Source: Octopus sinensis (taxonomy: Eukaryota). Taken from it: a stretch of 64,000 bases of DNA. Location: the NCBI RefSeq assembly GCF_006345805.1, contig NC_043021.1, positions 21,080,001 through 21,144,000 of the forward strand, given 5' to 3'. The position numbers were made by a program, and so were the translations under genes. Below the pieces are notes generated by a model, which saw only the letters and a list, made by a program, of their open reading frames with translations, was not told where the DNA came from and did no database searches. Shown here piece by piece: positions 1 to 13,491 of this stretch (positions within the stretch are counted from its first letter, which is position 1; every line of letters starts with the position of its first letter).

Positions 1-87
1 TTTTCTTTTTGAATTTATAAAATATACATCGACTTCATCAAGAAACAGGCTCCATCTTCCATGAAGAATAATACACACACACATATA

Positions 88-140
<53 letters not shown>

Positions 141-744
141 ACTTACACATATTTATATACTACATAGATATACAGTAGCCCCCTTTTCCCCTCCATCATA
201 AATTACATCTCTCCCTTATTTGTGGGTGTTGGGAAAAAAAAGCAAAAAAATAACTGTCTTTCTTTGATTCAACAATTAAATTAATTACAACATATGCATT
301 AACACACACACACACACACAAAAAAAGACATTTTTTTTTTGAAATCTTCATACATTGTAAAAGGAATATTTTCTGTTATTTCCATATATTTGAGAGTCAT
401 TTTAGGGGTTTCTGACAAACTGTGTTTAAGCACGTTAACATGTGTTTTTTTTTTACTTTTTGAAATATATATTTTTTTAATTTGTTTCTTTTATGTTCTT
501 TATTTTTTTTTAATTTTAAAATATTTTTATAATTTTTTAATTATTATTATTACTATTATTTTTATATATTTATTATTTTCATTTTATTAAAATTATTTTG
601 AAAAAATAACAAAACAAAGAAATTCACAAAATTTGCAATGCTTTTATTTTATTTTGTTTTTTTTTGGTTGTTAGTATATTTTAAGTAACATTTTCTATTT
701 ATTATTATTATGTTTATTATTATTATTATTATTAATAATAAGTA

Positions 745-957
745 AGTCAGTGAGCTGGTAGGATTGTTAACATGATGGGCAAAATACTTAACGGCATTTT
801 GTCCAGCTTTACATTCTGAGTTCAAATTCTGCTGAGGTCAACTTTGCCTTTCATCCTTTTGGGGTCGATAAATTAAGTACCAGTGAAACACTGGGGTCAA
901 TATAATCAACTTGTACCCTCCCTGAAAACTTCACGCCTTGTGCTTTTAGTAGAAAGG

Positions 958-960
<3 letters not shown>
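745..960 (+). mobile_element. SINE family A (tRNA-derived head), older subfamily with (TTA)n tail
   Basis: A-box-like GAGCTGG..GATTGTTA and B-box GAGTTCAAATTC, conserved body gtcaactttgcctttcatcc...aagtaccag, then (ATT)n. Confidence 0.85.
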
Positions 961-992
<32 letters not shown>

Positions 993-1027
993 CATCATTG
1001 CTTAGTTATTATTGTCATGATAAATGA

Positions 1028-1275
1028 TAGCAAGCTGGCAGAATCATTAGCTTGCCGGGCAAAATGCTAACAGCATTTTGTCAGCCCTATGTCCTGAGTT
1101 CAAATTCCACCAAGGTAGATTTTTTTTCCTTTCATTCTTTCCGGGTCAATAAAATAAGTACCAGTGGCGCACTGGGATAAATATAATTGACTAGCTCCCC
1201 TCCCTCAAAATTACAGGCCTTGTGCCTATAATAGAAAGTATTTTTATTATTATTGTTATTATTATTATTATTATT
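1028..1275 (+). mobile_element. SINE family A copy
   Basis: Same head and body as 745-960, with (TTA)n tail. Confidence 0.8.
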
Positions 1276-1825
1276 TCATTTCACGGGTTTCTTACATAAC
1301 TTCTCCCATTGCTCTGCCGTGTGCACATCTACATTTCTTTAGATGTGTTAGTGTTGCTGTTGTTGGTTTGTTGCTGTTGTAACCCCTACCTGTTGATTTT
1401 GAAATCATTATTGTGCTTAGAATGGCAGAACTGGTATAGCGACAACCAGCAAATGCTGCTTGCCGTATGTTAGTTACATTCATTCCTTTGCATTCTGAGT
1501 TCAAATCCCACCAAGAATTTAAAAAAAAAAAATTTTTTTATATATATATATATATAATCATTTCAGAATAAGTAAATTAAGTACCACTTCTGTTCTGGAG
1601 CCAGTTCTGCTAGAAGTGGCTGATAGAATTGTTTCACTGTTGGAAAAGACACTCTTTAGTATTAATTTCAGCTCTTCAGGTTCTGAGTTCAAATCAAGCC
1701 TGGAAAATAAAAGAGCTTTGCTCTTTTATTTTCCAGGCTTGATAAAATGAAGTACCAGTCAAGCACTGGGGTAGATAGAATTGACTAATTCTCTCCCTTC
1801 GAAATTACTGGCTTTGTGCTAAAAT

Positions 1826-1940
1826 TAGGTTAGGTTCATTTTTAGTATTCTTGTTTGTGAGAGCAGTTGAGTTTAATTAAGATATTCTCATTTTAAAAAT
1901 CATGTCTGGCTAATCTTTGAGAAGACATTGATGTTGCCTT
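1826..1940. mobile_element. Fragment of the non-autonomous element seen at 45450-45735
   Basis: Near-identical ggttcatttttagtattcttgtttgtgagagcag...ttttaaaaatc block. Confidence 0.6.
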
Positions 1941-1944
1941 GACA

Positions 1945-2226
<282 letters not shown>

Positions 2227-2227
2227 A

Positions 2228-2405
2228 AGGTGCAAGCTAAGCAGCAGGCTGGGCAAAATGCTTGAGCAGCATTTCGTCTGACTTTATGTTCTAAGTTCAA
2301 ATTCTGCTGAGGTCAACTTTGCCTTTCCTCTTTTTGGGGTCAGTAAAATAAGTACCAGCTGAGCACTGGTGTCGATGTAATCCACTTAACTCTTCCACCA
2401 CCAAA
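2228..2405 (+). mobile_element. SINE family A copy
   Basis: B-box aagttcaaattc plus conserved body, directly after (TTA)n. Confidence 0.75.
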
Positions 2406-2989
2406 ATTCTCTCTCTCTCTCTCACACACACAACCTCTCTCATACCTCTATCACACCTTTTCTCTCTTTCTCTCATACCTTTTCTCTTTCACACCTCTCT
2501 CACTTTTCTCTCTCTCACACCACTCTCTCATACCTCTCTCACACCTCTCTCACGCCACTCTCTCATACCTCTCTCACACCCCTCTCTCTTTCAGTACTCC
2601 TCCTCTCTCTCTCTCTCTTTTACACAATCTCCATTTGATTGTATAAAAACAATAACCCAAGTGTCTGAGTTTCCAAACTGAACTATCGTGTCTAATTGCT
2701 ATTAATTAACAGTGAGTAACCTTAATTGAAAATAATTAATTGAGCTATCTAATCTCTCTTAATTATCTCGAAATATATTTTTTGTTTATTTGATTTGTTA
2801 GTTCTCTGGTTGTTTATGTAATTTTAGAAATGAGATTTGAAACAACACTGATGACAGCAACAACAACAGCACTTGTAGCAGCACTTGTGATACCATATGT
2901 AGCATGTAACAACATTTTAAGACCCCTTGAAACATGTGCAGTAACTTCAGCATCATCAATTGTTAACTACAACAACAAAAACCATCAAG

Positions 2990-3850
2990 AGAAGCCTCTA
3001 CATGGTCATTCAACCTGCTAGAAATAGCAAACAAGTTTGCTCAAATTACACCCTATCCTCTAGAGAAAGAAAAGAACACACTGAATAATATAGTCCTCCA
3101 TTCTAAGAAGTTGAGATGATTACGTCTGGAACTCCTTTGATTTTACTTCTGCTCAGTTGGGGATGACCTAGGGTTAAACAAGAAAAAACAATCACAGTGA
3201 AATCTATAACAACAAGAAATTAATAAGGGGATTCTCTACATTGTTGCCAAGCATGCTAGAAATATCAACCAAATCTCTCTCAGATTGCACTCTGCTTTCC
3301 TAATACATGAAAGATACATTGGCTATTGTCATGTTGAATTGCATTCAATATTACGGGATGGTCATAGCTGGAACACCTTTGATCAGAAGCCTGTTCAATC
3401 AGAGCTGACTTGGACTAAGCAACAACAGTAATGATAAGGAACAAATGAGTGTGTCTTTAAGGAGTCACTTGGTACACTAAATATAGTAGCCAAAACTCCC
3501 TCAAACCATGCCTTGCTATCATAAACAAGAAGAGGACATGCTGGGTAATGTATTCCTTTATAGCCTAAAAACGAGACAGGACAGTCATGTCTGGATTCTT
3601 TTCAATCATAGCTCTGCTTAACCACCTCCACCAACAACAACAAATATCGAGCCAGTGAGGGAGTCCCTGTGTGGTTATGCAACTTGCTAGGAGTAGTAAG
3701 CAAACTTCCTCAAACCACCCCCTATCTTTTTATAAAAAGATTTATTGGGTAATTTTGTTTCATGGTGCATTACTGCAGAAGAAATAATCTGTTTGGTCAT
3801 GGCTCGAATGTCTTGATCAAGGCTGACCTAGGGCTAATCATTAACAACTA
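2990..3850 (+). repeat. Four degenerate ~200-220 bp units in tandem (retroposon-like, CAA-rich tails)
   Basis: Recurring blocks (tgctagaaatag, ctcaaa(t/c)cac, ggtcat(g/a)gctggaa, gctgacct(a/g)gggcta) ending in caacaac. Confidence 0.6.
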
Positions 3851-3990
3851 AATACCACTATAAGTGATTACCCCAGCATCTTTAACACACACACACATGT
3901 CCAGGATTGGGATTAAATATATAGTAATATTCAGTGATTGAGCTGAATTATAAGATTAAAAATATTAATTATCAATATTAGGATTAATGT

Positions 3991-4265
3991 GAAGGCACAA
4001 TGGCTAGCGGTTCAGGTGTTGCACTCATAATTGCAAAATTGTGGTTTCAATTCTTGAACTGGACATTGCATTGTGTTCTTAAGCAATGCACTTCTTTTCA
4101 AGTTGCTCCTGTCCTCTCAACTGCAAATGAGTAACCCTGCAACAGACTGGGATCTCATTCGGGGGAAATATTGTAGTCTTGTTCACATATTTACAATGGA
4201 AACCAGGTAATCGGCCCTCTGAGTTCCAGGACTCGAGATGCTAATGTCCAGAGATTTATGATGAT
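3991..4265 (+). mobile_element. SINE family E (tRNA head plus CORE/V/Meta-like central block)
   Basis: gaaggcacaatggctagcggtt head; gtgttcttaagcaatgcactt...ctcaactgcaaatgagt central block; homologous to 28036-28359, 57045-57418 and 62934-63130. Confidence 0.6.
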
Positions 4266-4299
4266 GATTAAGATTAATAATATTAGTTACCCTTATGGG

Positions 4300-5149
4300 G
4301 GTCAATACTATACAGTATTCTCTTTCATCCCTCTGGGGTTGATAAAAGAAAGTACTTGTTAAATATCAGGGTTCATGATATTGACGAATTCCCTCCCTTC
4401 AAAACTGCAGGCCTTGTGCCTAAATTAGAAACCATCATCATTATTATTAAAGTGGTGAGTTGGCAGAAACGTTAGTATGCCTTGTAAAATACTTAACAAT
4501 ATTTTGGCCCATCTTCATGTTCTGAATTCAAATTCTGCTGAGATTGACTTTGCCTTTCCTTCTTTCAGGTGTGATAAAATAAGTACCAGTTAAAAACTGT
4601 AATCAGCCGACCTCCACCCCAAAATTGCAGACCTTGTGTCAAAATCTGAAATTATTATTATTGTTATTATCATTATTATTATTATTATTAAGGCAGTGAG
4701 CTGGCAGAGTTGTTAGCATGACAGGCAAAATGCTTAGTGGTATTTCGGCCGTTGCTGTTCTGAGTTCAAATTCCACTGAGGTTGACTTTGCTTTTCATCC
4801 TTTCAGGGTCAATGAAATAAGTACCAGTTGAGTACTGGGGTCAAGATAATCGACTAGCTCCGTCACCCAAAATTTCAGGCCTTGTGCCTCTAGTAGAAAA
4901 GGGTTACTATTATTATTATTATTATTATTATTAAGATGGCAAGCTAGCAGAATCGTTACCACACAGGGCAAAATGCTTAGCAGCATCTCTTCTGGCTCTT
5001 TATGTTCCGAGTTCAAATTCCATCAAGGTTGACTTTGTCTCTCATCCTTTCAGGTCAATAAAATAAGTACCAGCTGAGCACTGGGGTTTGATGTAATTGA
5101 GTTAACACTTGCCCCTAAAATTACTGGCCTTATGCCAAAATTTGAAACC

Positions 5150-5195
<46 letters not shown>
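4300..5195 (+). mobile_element. Cluster of four SINE family A copies separated by (TTA)n
   Basis: One partial copy at about 4300, then full copies starting about 4450, 4691 and 4935, each ending in TTA-rich tails. Confidence 0.85.
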
Positions 5196-5206
<11 letters not shown>

Positions 5207-6322
5207 TCTCAGACAAACCTCAACTCCTCCAGTGGTGTCTCTAGCCATCTTGGTTCTTTTTGCATCCTGTTAGCTTATCACTAATTTCCATTTCTATAAC
5301 ACCATCCCTTGCATGATTCTTCTAGATTCTCACCTTTAGATGTTGGACTTAAAAATCCTTGGCTGCAATCTCACTAAGCTTGATTTTTTTTTTTTATCTT
5401 TCATTCTCCTGAGAAAAGAAGGGGTGGAAAAAACAAGTACCAATAATTTACTGTGATAAATTTGAAGTACTGGTAAGCAAGCCACTTGAAATTAGGACCT
5501 TTTTTCTTGCAGTGTTAGGGTTTTTGAAGCTCATTGGCTTCCGTGTCGGAAAAGTACTGATTTTAGTGAAAAAAAACATATGCAAACCTTATTGGATATA
5601 CATTTTCTTTAATGCAAGACATATGTTTCTATGAAGATCTTAGGTGGGAGACTGAACATGTATTATGAATTTACTGTAGCATATATTTCGGTTAATGCTC
5701 CAAGACGTGAAACTCAGAAAGATTCCACATTCAAACTGTTCCTACATTGTGCGCTCCATTATTTGTTTTTCATTTTTTTTTTGTTTTGTTTTGTCTACAT
5801 TTTTTGTTATGTTCTGTTTACATTTTAAAATTACATTTTCTATCAACCCCCCCACCACCACCTATATGATTTAATTTACACTCAGTTTTAAAAAGTTACG
5901 TAGATATATATAACACACAAACACACATGCATATTAAATGCTCTAAAGAGTTTAGAAGTTTATTAATTTAAAGGAAGAAAATTGTACAGAAAAATATTGT
6001 TATGTCTAAAGAAATTTTACTTTAACAATTAAGTTCAAATCTTACTGTTTCACCTTATAAATTCTTTTTTCTTTTTTTCTTAACTTAGACATTTTTTTAT
6101 CTACACTCAGTCTAAAATGAAAACAATGCACATACATACACACACAAATGTCTAAGAATCCATTTTCTATACAAGCCATCTCTTAAGAGTATATTAGGTA
6201 ATTGTCTGATTATCTAACATGAAACCAATTGATTAAATCGGCTGCATTGGATCTATAATACTGTATACTTTGATTTTTTTTTTTTTTAATACATGCACAT
6301 ACACATATATGTATATATATAT

Positions 6323-6354
<32 letters not shown>

Positions 6355-7772
6355 CAAATACAATATATATATATACAAATACATATATATATATATATAC
6401 ACACACACACATATTCATATATATATATACACATGCAAGACATTCACACATACATATATAAGCAAGATAATAAAGAAGTCAGCCAGTTTAAAAAACAAAA
6501 ACAAGGAGAAAAAAAAAAGCAACAGACAGAATCGAAGAAGAGAAAAATAAAATAAAAATCTCAAGAGATCTTCTACCAAAATATTTTTTACCAGAAGCAG
6601 GAAACATCAAAACGGCAATGAAAGGAAAACGACCGAAGAATGGTGTTCTTCGAACGAAAAGGAGGAAAAAAAAAAAAAAAAAAGGAAAAAGAAAAAAATT
6701 CAAAAGAAGATGGATTCGAATTGAAAGAGGAAAATTTAAAGAACCAAACATGAAATAGAATGAGTTTTGGAACCATGTGGGAAGTAACTTTGGATGTTTT
6801 CTTTTGAAAAGATTGTATTTCCAAAAGGCAAATCTATGGAATCATTTGATTAAGTAAGTGGTTGTGTACATGCGTGTGTGTGTATGATAAGTTAATGTTT
6901 GTTTATATGCATTTCAATACGTTTGGTCAAGCCTTCTACGTCATCTGCACTAAATATATCGAAATATTCAATACTCAAGAAGACGTAATATTTTTTTTTG
7001 GTCCATTTCTGTTGAGTTCATTTGACATTCTTAGTATTTCTTCCATATGTCACACAAACACACACACACACACACACACGCACGCACACACACACACACA
7101 CATGCACACGCACACACACGCGCACACACACACACGCATGCAAGCACACACACACACGCATGCACGCGCACACACACACATGCATGCACGCACACACACA
7201 CACATACACAAAGTATATATAGATATTGTGTGTATTAAATTGTTAAATATTACATAAAAAACATAGATAAGTATGTATATATATATATATATTATACACA
7301 CACACATTTTATATGTATATACATTTTATATATATGTGTATAAATATCTGTGTATATGTACATTTATATATATATATATTATACACACACACACATATAT
7401 ATATATGTAAAATGTATATATATATATACATTTTATACACATGTGTATATACATTTTATATATATGTATGTATATATATGTGTGTGTGTATAATATATAT
7501 AACATATATAATATATAACATTTACAACCTCTTATTTCAGGCAATTACAGCAAAGACCTTTCTTATCCTGATGTATTAAATTGATAAGTGTAAACATTAT
7601 AGTTTAATTATTGGATTAATTACCTGTTCGTTCTTAATTATCTACTCTCAGATTTAAGTCTTATCCATCAGTTTATCTCACTGCTAATTGCTTCCATTCT
7701 TTCTTTGTTTTGCATATAACACTTCAGCTTCTCCTCCTATGTCTATAGTTGACCTCTGTAATGATCTTAAAC

Positions 7773-8214
7773 AGTAACGTTATACAATGCCACCTTCTGG
7801 CTTTTCTCTGGTTAACGACCTGAACATTAGCTTCAAGGTTCATCCAAGACTGGGACCACGGGCCATACGTCCCCTGCCCAATTCAAGATCACAGCATACA
7901 TGTACACTGCAACATAATTTCTTTTCCTCAACAGGCCCTTCCCTATTTAACATTGTCCTGAAAGAGATCAAAGAGGAAAAGGATCCCATCAACTTTAAAC
8001 GGAGTCTGGATAGATTCCTTCAAGGAATACCAGATAAGCCACCCATAATTGGATACAACTCACCCAACAAAAACTCACTACTTGAATGGACCATAAACAA
8101 AACTTGACTTAAACAGGATTCAGATAATCCTATCAGGTAGTGCTATTAAGTTAGACAAGGCCTGGACCAATCTTTGGTCGAAACATATCTAAGTTTTATC
8201 TAAGTTTTATCTAA

Positions 8215-8220
<6 letters not shown>
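7773..8220 (+). mobile_element. 5'-truncated LINE 3' end (CR1/L2-group-like ORF2 C-terminus) with tandem tail
   Basis: ORF 7787-8107 ends ...TGPSLFN...FKRSLDRFLQGIPDKPPIIGY...NSLLEW, typical of non-LTR ORF2 termini. A short 3' UTR and (ATCTAAGTTTT)x3 follow. Clade assignment is uncertain. Confidence 0.7.
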
Positions 8221-8254
<34 letters not shown>

Positions 8255-8329
8255 GATATATAGATAGATAGATAGATAGGTCCTTTCAAAATCTCATCCT
8301 GTGGCTGTTGCCAAAGTGTTGGGAACTGT

Positions 8330-9050
8330 TTATTACTCACATAGTATCAGACAAAATGCTTTGTAGTATTGTTTTTTGCTCTTTACATTCTGAGTTCAAA
8401 TCCATTTGATGCCAATTTTATCTTTCATCCCTCTGGTGGTTGATAAAATAAAGTACCAATCAAGTACTAGGACTCATGACATTTGGGGGTCAATAAATTA
8501 AGTACCAGTCAATTACTGGGGTTGATGTAATCAAGTTGCTGCTTACTCCAAAATTTCAGGCCTGTAATAGGATCATTATAAGGAAAAATAGCAGTGAAAT
8601 GATAAAATTGGTAAGGCATCTGAGAAAATGTCTTGAAGAAGGGCAATTACTTGCATATCGTTAACATTCATAGTTCAAATCCTACCCAGGTCCGATTTGC
8701 CTTTCATTTTTCTAAGGATCAATAAAAACTAAATACCAGGCAAGTACTGCAGTTGATATAATCAACCAGTCTCCCCATCGTGAATATCTAGCTTTGGGTT
8801 TTTCTAAGAAATTATTAACGATGGTCAATTAATTACTGGTAGAATTGTCAAAAACATCAAATTAAGTCTTACAGTATTTGATCTAGATCTTTGCATTCTG
8901 ACTTCAAATCCTGTCGAGTTTAACTTTGCCTTTTAACCTTCTGGGATCAATGAAATAAAGTACCATTCACATATTAGAGTCATTTTTACCAACCAACCAC
9001 TTCTAGTAAATTCGTGGCCTTCTTCCTATGATAGAAATTATTATTATTAT
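8330..9050 (+). mobile_element. Three to four degenerate SINE family A copies
   Basis: Repeated gttcaaatcc / tttgcctttcat / aagtacc blocks. Confidence 0.7.
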
Positions 9051-9774
9051 TGTTACTGCTGTATATTGTTTTGTACATGTGAAAGCCATATTTGTAAGGC
9101 AAGCTATTTATTACATATTGGTTAAAGTATATAACAATAATAATAATAGTAATGACAATCATTATTATTAATCTGATAATTATTATTTGTCTTTCAAAGC
9201 ATATATAATATAAATTTATTTCCTCCAGATTTTAATTGAGGAGTTGATGGTGGAAGTAACAAACTCAGAAATGGGCCACCCCACACTCTTCAACCATGGA
9301 TAAATTTATACAGATCTTATATAATTTATCACACATTATCATCTGTATGTAATGTGGTTTGAATCGGAATGGTACTTGAAAAAATTGTAACCAATATTAA
9401 ACTTATGCTATATTGATACTGTCTGTCAAACAATTTGATCTGAGATTTGTATCTTGAATGTAATCCGTTTGCATCAGTCAGGAGTCATGATAGCTTTTTA
9501 AAACACACACACATATGTTGTTATATTTACTTCAGTTTTCTCATTGTTTCTACGAGATATTGATATGCATCGTTAATTATTGAAGTGTTTTTTGTCACTT
9601 CTACAATTTGTCACTTCTACAATTTGTCAATTCTTATCAGTTTGGACATCGTTGTCAAACAAAATTATGGTGTAAAAATTAAATGAATGCATAATATTTG
9701 CATTTTGTGACCATGTAGTGTAATCTGTGAATTCTATACTAGTGTTTGTGTATTTATATTTGTATATGTGAAAA

Positions 9775-10004
9775 GGCGACGAGCTGGCAGAATCGTTAGC
9801 ATGCTGGGCGAAATGCTTAGCAGTATTTCGTCTGCCGCTACGTTCTGAGTTCAAATTCCGCCGAGGTCGACTTTGCCTTTCATCCTTTCGGGGTCGATTA
9901 AATAAGTACCAGTTACCCACTGGTGTCGATATAATCGACTTAATCTGTTTGTCTGTCCTTGTTTGTCCTCTCTGTGTTTAGCCCCTTGTGGGTAGGGAAG
10001 AAAT
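9775..10004 (+). mobile_element. SINE family A, young subfamily (tail ...gccccttgtgggtag)
   Basis: Near-consensus with 24043-24272, 30388-30600 and the 58.4-59.2 kb array; CpGs retained. Confidence 0.9.
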
Positions 10005-11351
10005 TTATATTTGTTTATGTGAATGCTTGTGCATTAGATGGTTACATAAATTGAAAGCATAAATGGATGTGTGCACCTTATTTTAATATAAATGTATGCA
10101 AAGCTGATAGGTATGTTTAGTGTGTTGTGTATGAGTAGAATGTATGTTGAACCACTTACTTAAAGTTTCTTTTCTATGTTTTTGTTTTGCAAAGCAAAAT
10201 AAAAAAAAACTTCAATAGATTTGCCTGTAGGAAAAAACACGTAAAGAAGAATTACTGATTTTATAAAATTTGTCATTTTGGAAAATAAGTTTGATGCTTG
10301 TATCAATAAGAGGGTTTTTGTTTTAAAATGTGACAGACTTTATTTGTCTGTTGAATTGTGATAATGGTTAAGTGCCTTTGTTTCTTTGCAGCTCTGTTCT
10401 ATGTGAAACCCTTAAAGTTAAGGGATTAATTCCATTGAAAAACCTTAAAATGTTGTCATCTTATCTTTTTCAATGAAATTCTTTTTATTTAAATTGAGTT
10501 CTGAAAAAGATTCAAAAGAAAAAAAAAAATCAAGTTGACCAATTATTTTCTCTGAAACTGGTTTTTATTATTATTTGTCCATTTTCTGGAGTTTATTTGG
10601 TTGGTTGTTCATTTTCAGAACCAAAGAATGCATCAATCTTGGAGTAGAATTTTCAAATGAGGGTCAAAGCTGAGATTAATTACATTATTTTTTTTGTTGT
10701 TATTTTTCTTTTTCTTATATAAAAGATAAATTGTAAAGATATATATCGAGTACTGGATTATATCAGCCTGCTACCCTAACAATGCTCTCTTTCTATGTCT
10801 TTATGTTTTGAATCCAAAATTCTTGATGACTTGGCTTTGCCTTTCATCCCCATAGTTGATAAAAATAAGAATTAGGTATAAGTTATAAGCACTGAATTTA
10901 ATCTAATGGCCATTTTCCTGTCTACAGCATCCGTCTTGCAGCATCCGTACCAATGTAACCAATCAATATTTATCAAGTTTGTTATCTTAAATTGGTTTGT
11001 CGTGTTCAATTTGACAATCGTAGTTCATGAAAAAAGAGTAAGATTAACTCATTTATGAATCAGAAAAAAAAACTTAATTCTAATCAATACAATTATTTAC
11101 ACAATAAAAATAAAACAATATCTTAAAATATCATTCAGTTAATTTTATTTTCATGTTTTTTAGAAAACTGCTTAAGGCTATTTAATAATTACAATTCTCT
11201 TTTTTTTTAGCCTTATTAATTAACTGATTAATCTATTTATTTATTTAAAATCTGTGTTTTATGTATTATTATTATTATTGCTGTTATTATTATTATTATT
11301 ACTATTATTATTATTATTGTTATAATAATAATAATAATATAATAATAATAA

Positions 11352-11600
11352 TGTGCTGAGTTGGCAGAATTGTTAAAATGTCAATAATGCTTTGGATCAT
11401 CTGTTACTTTATGTGATGATTTAAAATTTTGTTGTGGTCAGTTCCATCTTTCGTCTCTCTGGGGGTTGATAACATAAAATACTTGTCAAGCATTTGGGGA
11501 CAATGGTATCGACTCAGCCCCCCCCCCTCCGGGCCTCATTTCAGAATTGCTGGCCCTGTGCTAAACTTTAAAGCAACAATTATTTTTTATTTTTATTATT
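11352..11600 (+). mobile_element. Degenerate SINE family A copy
   Basis: gagttggcagaattgtta head after a TTA/TAA tract. Confidence 0.6.
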
Positions 11601-12554
11601 GTTATAGAGTGGCCAGCTGGCAGGATTGTTACTGTACCAGACAAAATGCTTAGCAGCGTTTCTTCCAGAGTGCCATTGTCATCAAGTGAACGATATTTTG
11701 ACATCTCGTGTATCTTCCATAGGTTCCAAAAAATAAACGTGTCAATCTACTTCATTTTAGTTAATATTTATAGGATTGAGGTAACTCCTCCAGAAGATAT
11801 AGAAGCAAAATTATATAATATAAATAAAATTATTAATTAAAGAGTAAATAATACAAAATTATATAAACTAAACACAATACAATGATATCGTTATTTTATT
11901 ATTATTATTATTATTATTTATGGGTTTATCTTCTTTCAAATTTGCTTCCATTTCTTGCCGAGTGTCTTCCCGACTCCTAGGGCAAAGAAACTCATAGTAT
12001 ATATTGGTAGGCCATTAAACCAAACTCAATAGTTCGTTCATTATTATTATTATTATCATTATTATTATTATTATTGAGTGAGAGAGCAGTGCATGCCATA
12101 TTGTTATTATTATTGAGTACTGAAACCTTCATTAGATATTCTACTCCAACAAAATGTATGCATTTTTTTTTGGCCTCTGAGAGAAGGGTTGGAAAACTTG
12201 AAAATATTTAGCCGATTCTTCCCTTTTCTCAGTTTTTGGAATGGTTTAGCCAAGATAAAAGAATCTTGTTAAACATTCTTCATCTAGAAGCTAAACCATT
12301 TCATGAAGATCTTTCATGATGATACCATTTTGTTTACCTTTTTCATCTTTGTTTGTTTTGAATTGAAACATATATACATACATACATATATATGTATGTA
12401 TGTATATACTGATATACTGGAAAGTATATTATAACTGGCATATTTACATTCTTAATTAGTTTTTCCTCTCTTTTTTTATTTGACACTTTAAAAAAAATGG
12501 ACACCCCTGTCCCCCTTTTTTTGTTTCTTTTTTGCCACTTTCAAACTCCATGTG

Positions 12555-12560
12555 TTTATT
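12555..12560 (-). terminator. Candidate polyadenylation signal AATAAA of the minus-strand gene
   Basis: Plus-strand tttatt at 12555-12560, about 100 nt 3' of the stop codon. The AT-rich background makes chance matches common. Confidence 0.35.
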
Positions 12561-12656
12561 TGAACAAAGTCTTGGCACTGGCAAATTAACAGGTGGAGAA
12601 CACTGACACTGTTTACAAGGAATGTAACACAAATATACTCAAAGAAGTCCATCGAG

Positions 12657-12834
12657 TCATACTTGACATATTTCTAGCACTGTTTCATAGTCATTCCCAT
12701 CTTTAAGGTGAAGTGGTTGACCACCTTCTTTGGTAATGTCAAGGAATTGGAAAAGGGAGGATCTTTGATTGTGGATGATGTGTCCGGAGTTCTTCACAAC
12801 ATCCTCTGTTACCTTAGCCCCGTCAGGTTTGTAT
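12657..12834 (-). CDS. Candidate terminal coding exon (YKPDGAKVTEDVVKNSGHIIHNQRSSLFQFLDITKEGGQPLHLKDGNDYETVLEICQV*)
   Basis: ctaat...TGACAG acceptor at 12836-12835 after a 164-nt intron. Complex non-repetitive amino-acid composition, TGA stop at 12659-12657, and AATAAA about 100 nt downstream. Confidence 0.55.
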
Positions 12835-12998
12835 CTGTCAACAGACATTAGTTATAAGGAATATTCTAGGGATTTTTTAAATATTTTTATTTTGTTTGTG
12901 CTTTTTCTTAATGAAATGTGTTTCATGTGTGATATAAAAAAGGGAGATTTACACTTGGAATGGTAAGAATTCTTTGTCTTCAATGCAAGATTATTTAC

Positions 12999-13181
12999 TC
13001 CATTTTGCAAACTTTTTTTGCATTCCAACACCACCCATCACTTTTCACTTTGATATGTGATAGGGGCAGACATTTGGGTTCTTGTTTTGATTGGGTTCGG
13101 TTTTGGGCACTGGTGGTGCTTCTTGTGGTGGTAGTGATGGTGGTGGTGGTGGTGATAGCTTTGGTAATATTGAATTTGGTG
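12999..13181 (-). CDS. Candidate internal exon (183 nt, phase 2-2): Thr-rich mucin-like stalk plus start of a Cys-containing domain
   Basis: Minus strand: ttctaat branch-like site and pyrimidine tract ending CCCCAAG acceptor (13183-13182). The frame is stop-free (TKFNITKAITTTTTITTTTRSTTSAQNRTQSKQEPKCLPLSHIKVKSDGWCWNAKKVCKM) and ends at a GA|GTAAAT donor. The phase matches the next exon. No upstream exon identified. Confidence 0.5.
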
Positions 13182-13491
13182 CTTGGGGGAATTTAAATAG
13201 CAAATGAGCAAATTTATATTAGAAATTTAATTTATTTTTAACCGTTGTTTTAATTATTGCTGTTGTTGTTGTTGTTGTCACCTTTGCACTTGTTATCAGA
13301 TCGCTAATAATAAAATTGATATAAGGTAAAAAATAAAATTTAAAAATCTATTTAATATGAAAATAACCATATATAATATTAATGAATAAAAAATTATAGA
13401 AATAAATACAAAATATATAACAATATAATATAAATATAATATAAAAAATACATAAGAGAAGTATATATTAAAATGGTAAATAAGTGATATA

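Noticed and set aside
6618-6760. 46-codon highly basic plus-strand ORF (MKGKRPKNGVLRTKRRKKKK...), protamine-like
   Set aside because: The basic character comes from poly-A runs, including an 18-A homopolymer, and there is no other support.
12960-13196. Plus-strand 78-aa ORF with a hydrophobic poly-Val stretch
   Set aside because: It is the antisense shadow of the (ACC)n Thr-rich exon.
13243-13303. Upstream Thr-rich segment (DLITSAKVTTTTTTAIIKTT) as a further exon of the minus-strand gene
   Set aside because: Its available GT donors are phase 0 or 1, whereas the next exon needs phase 2. Joining it as-is gives a His-rich frame that stops early.
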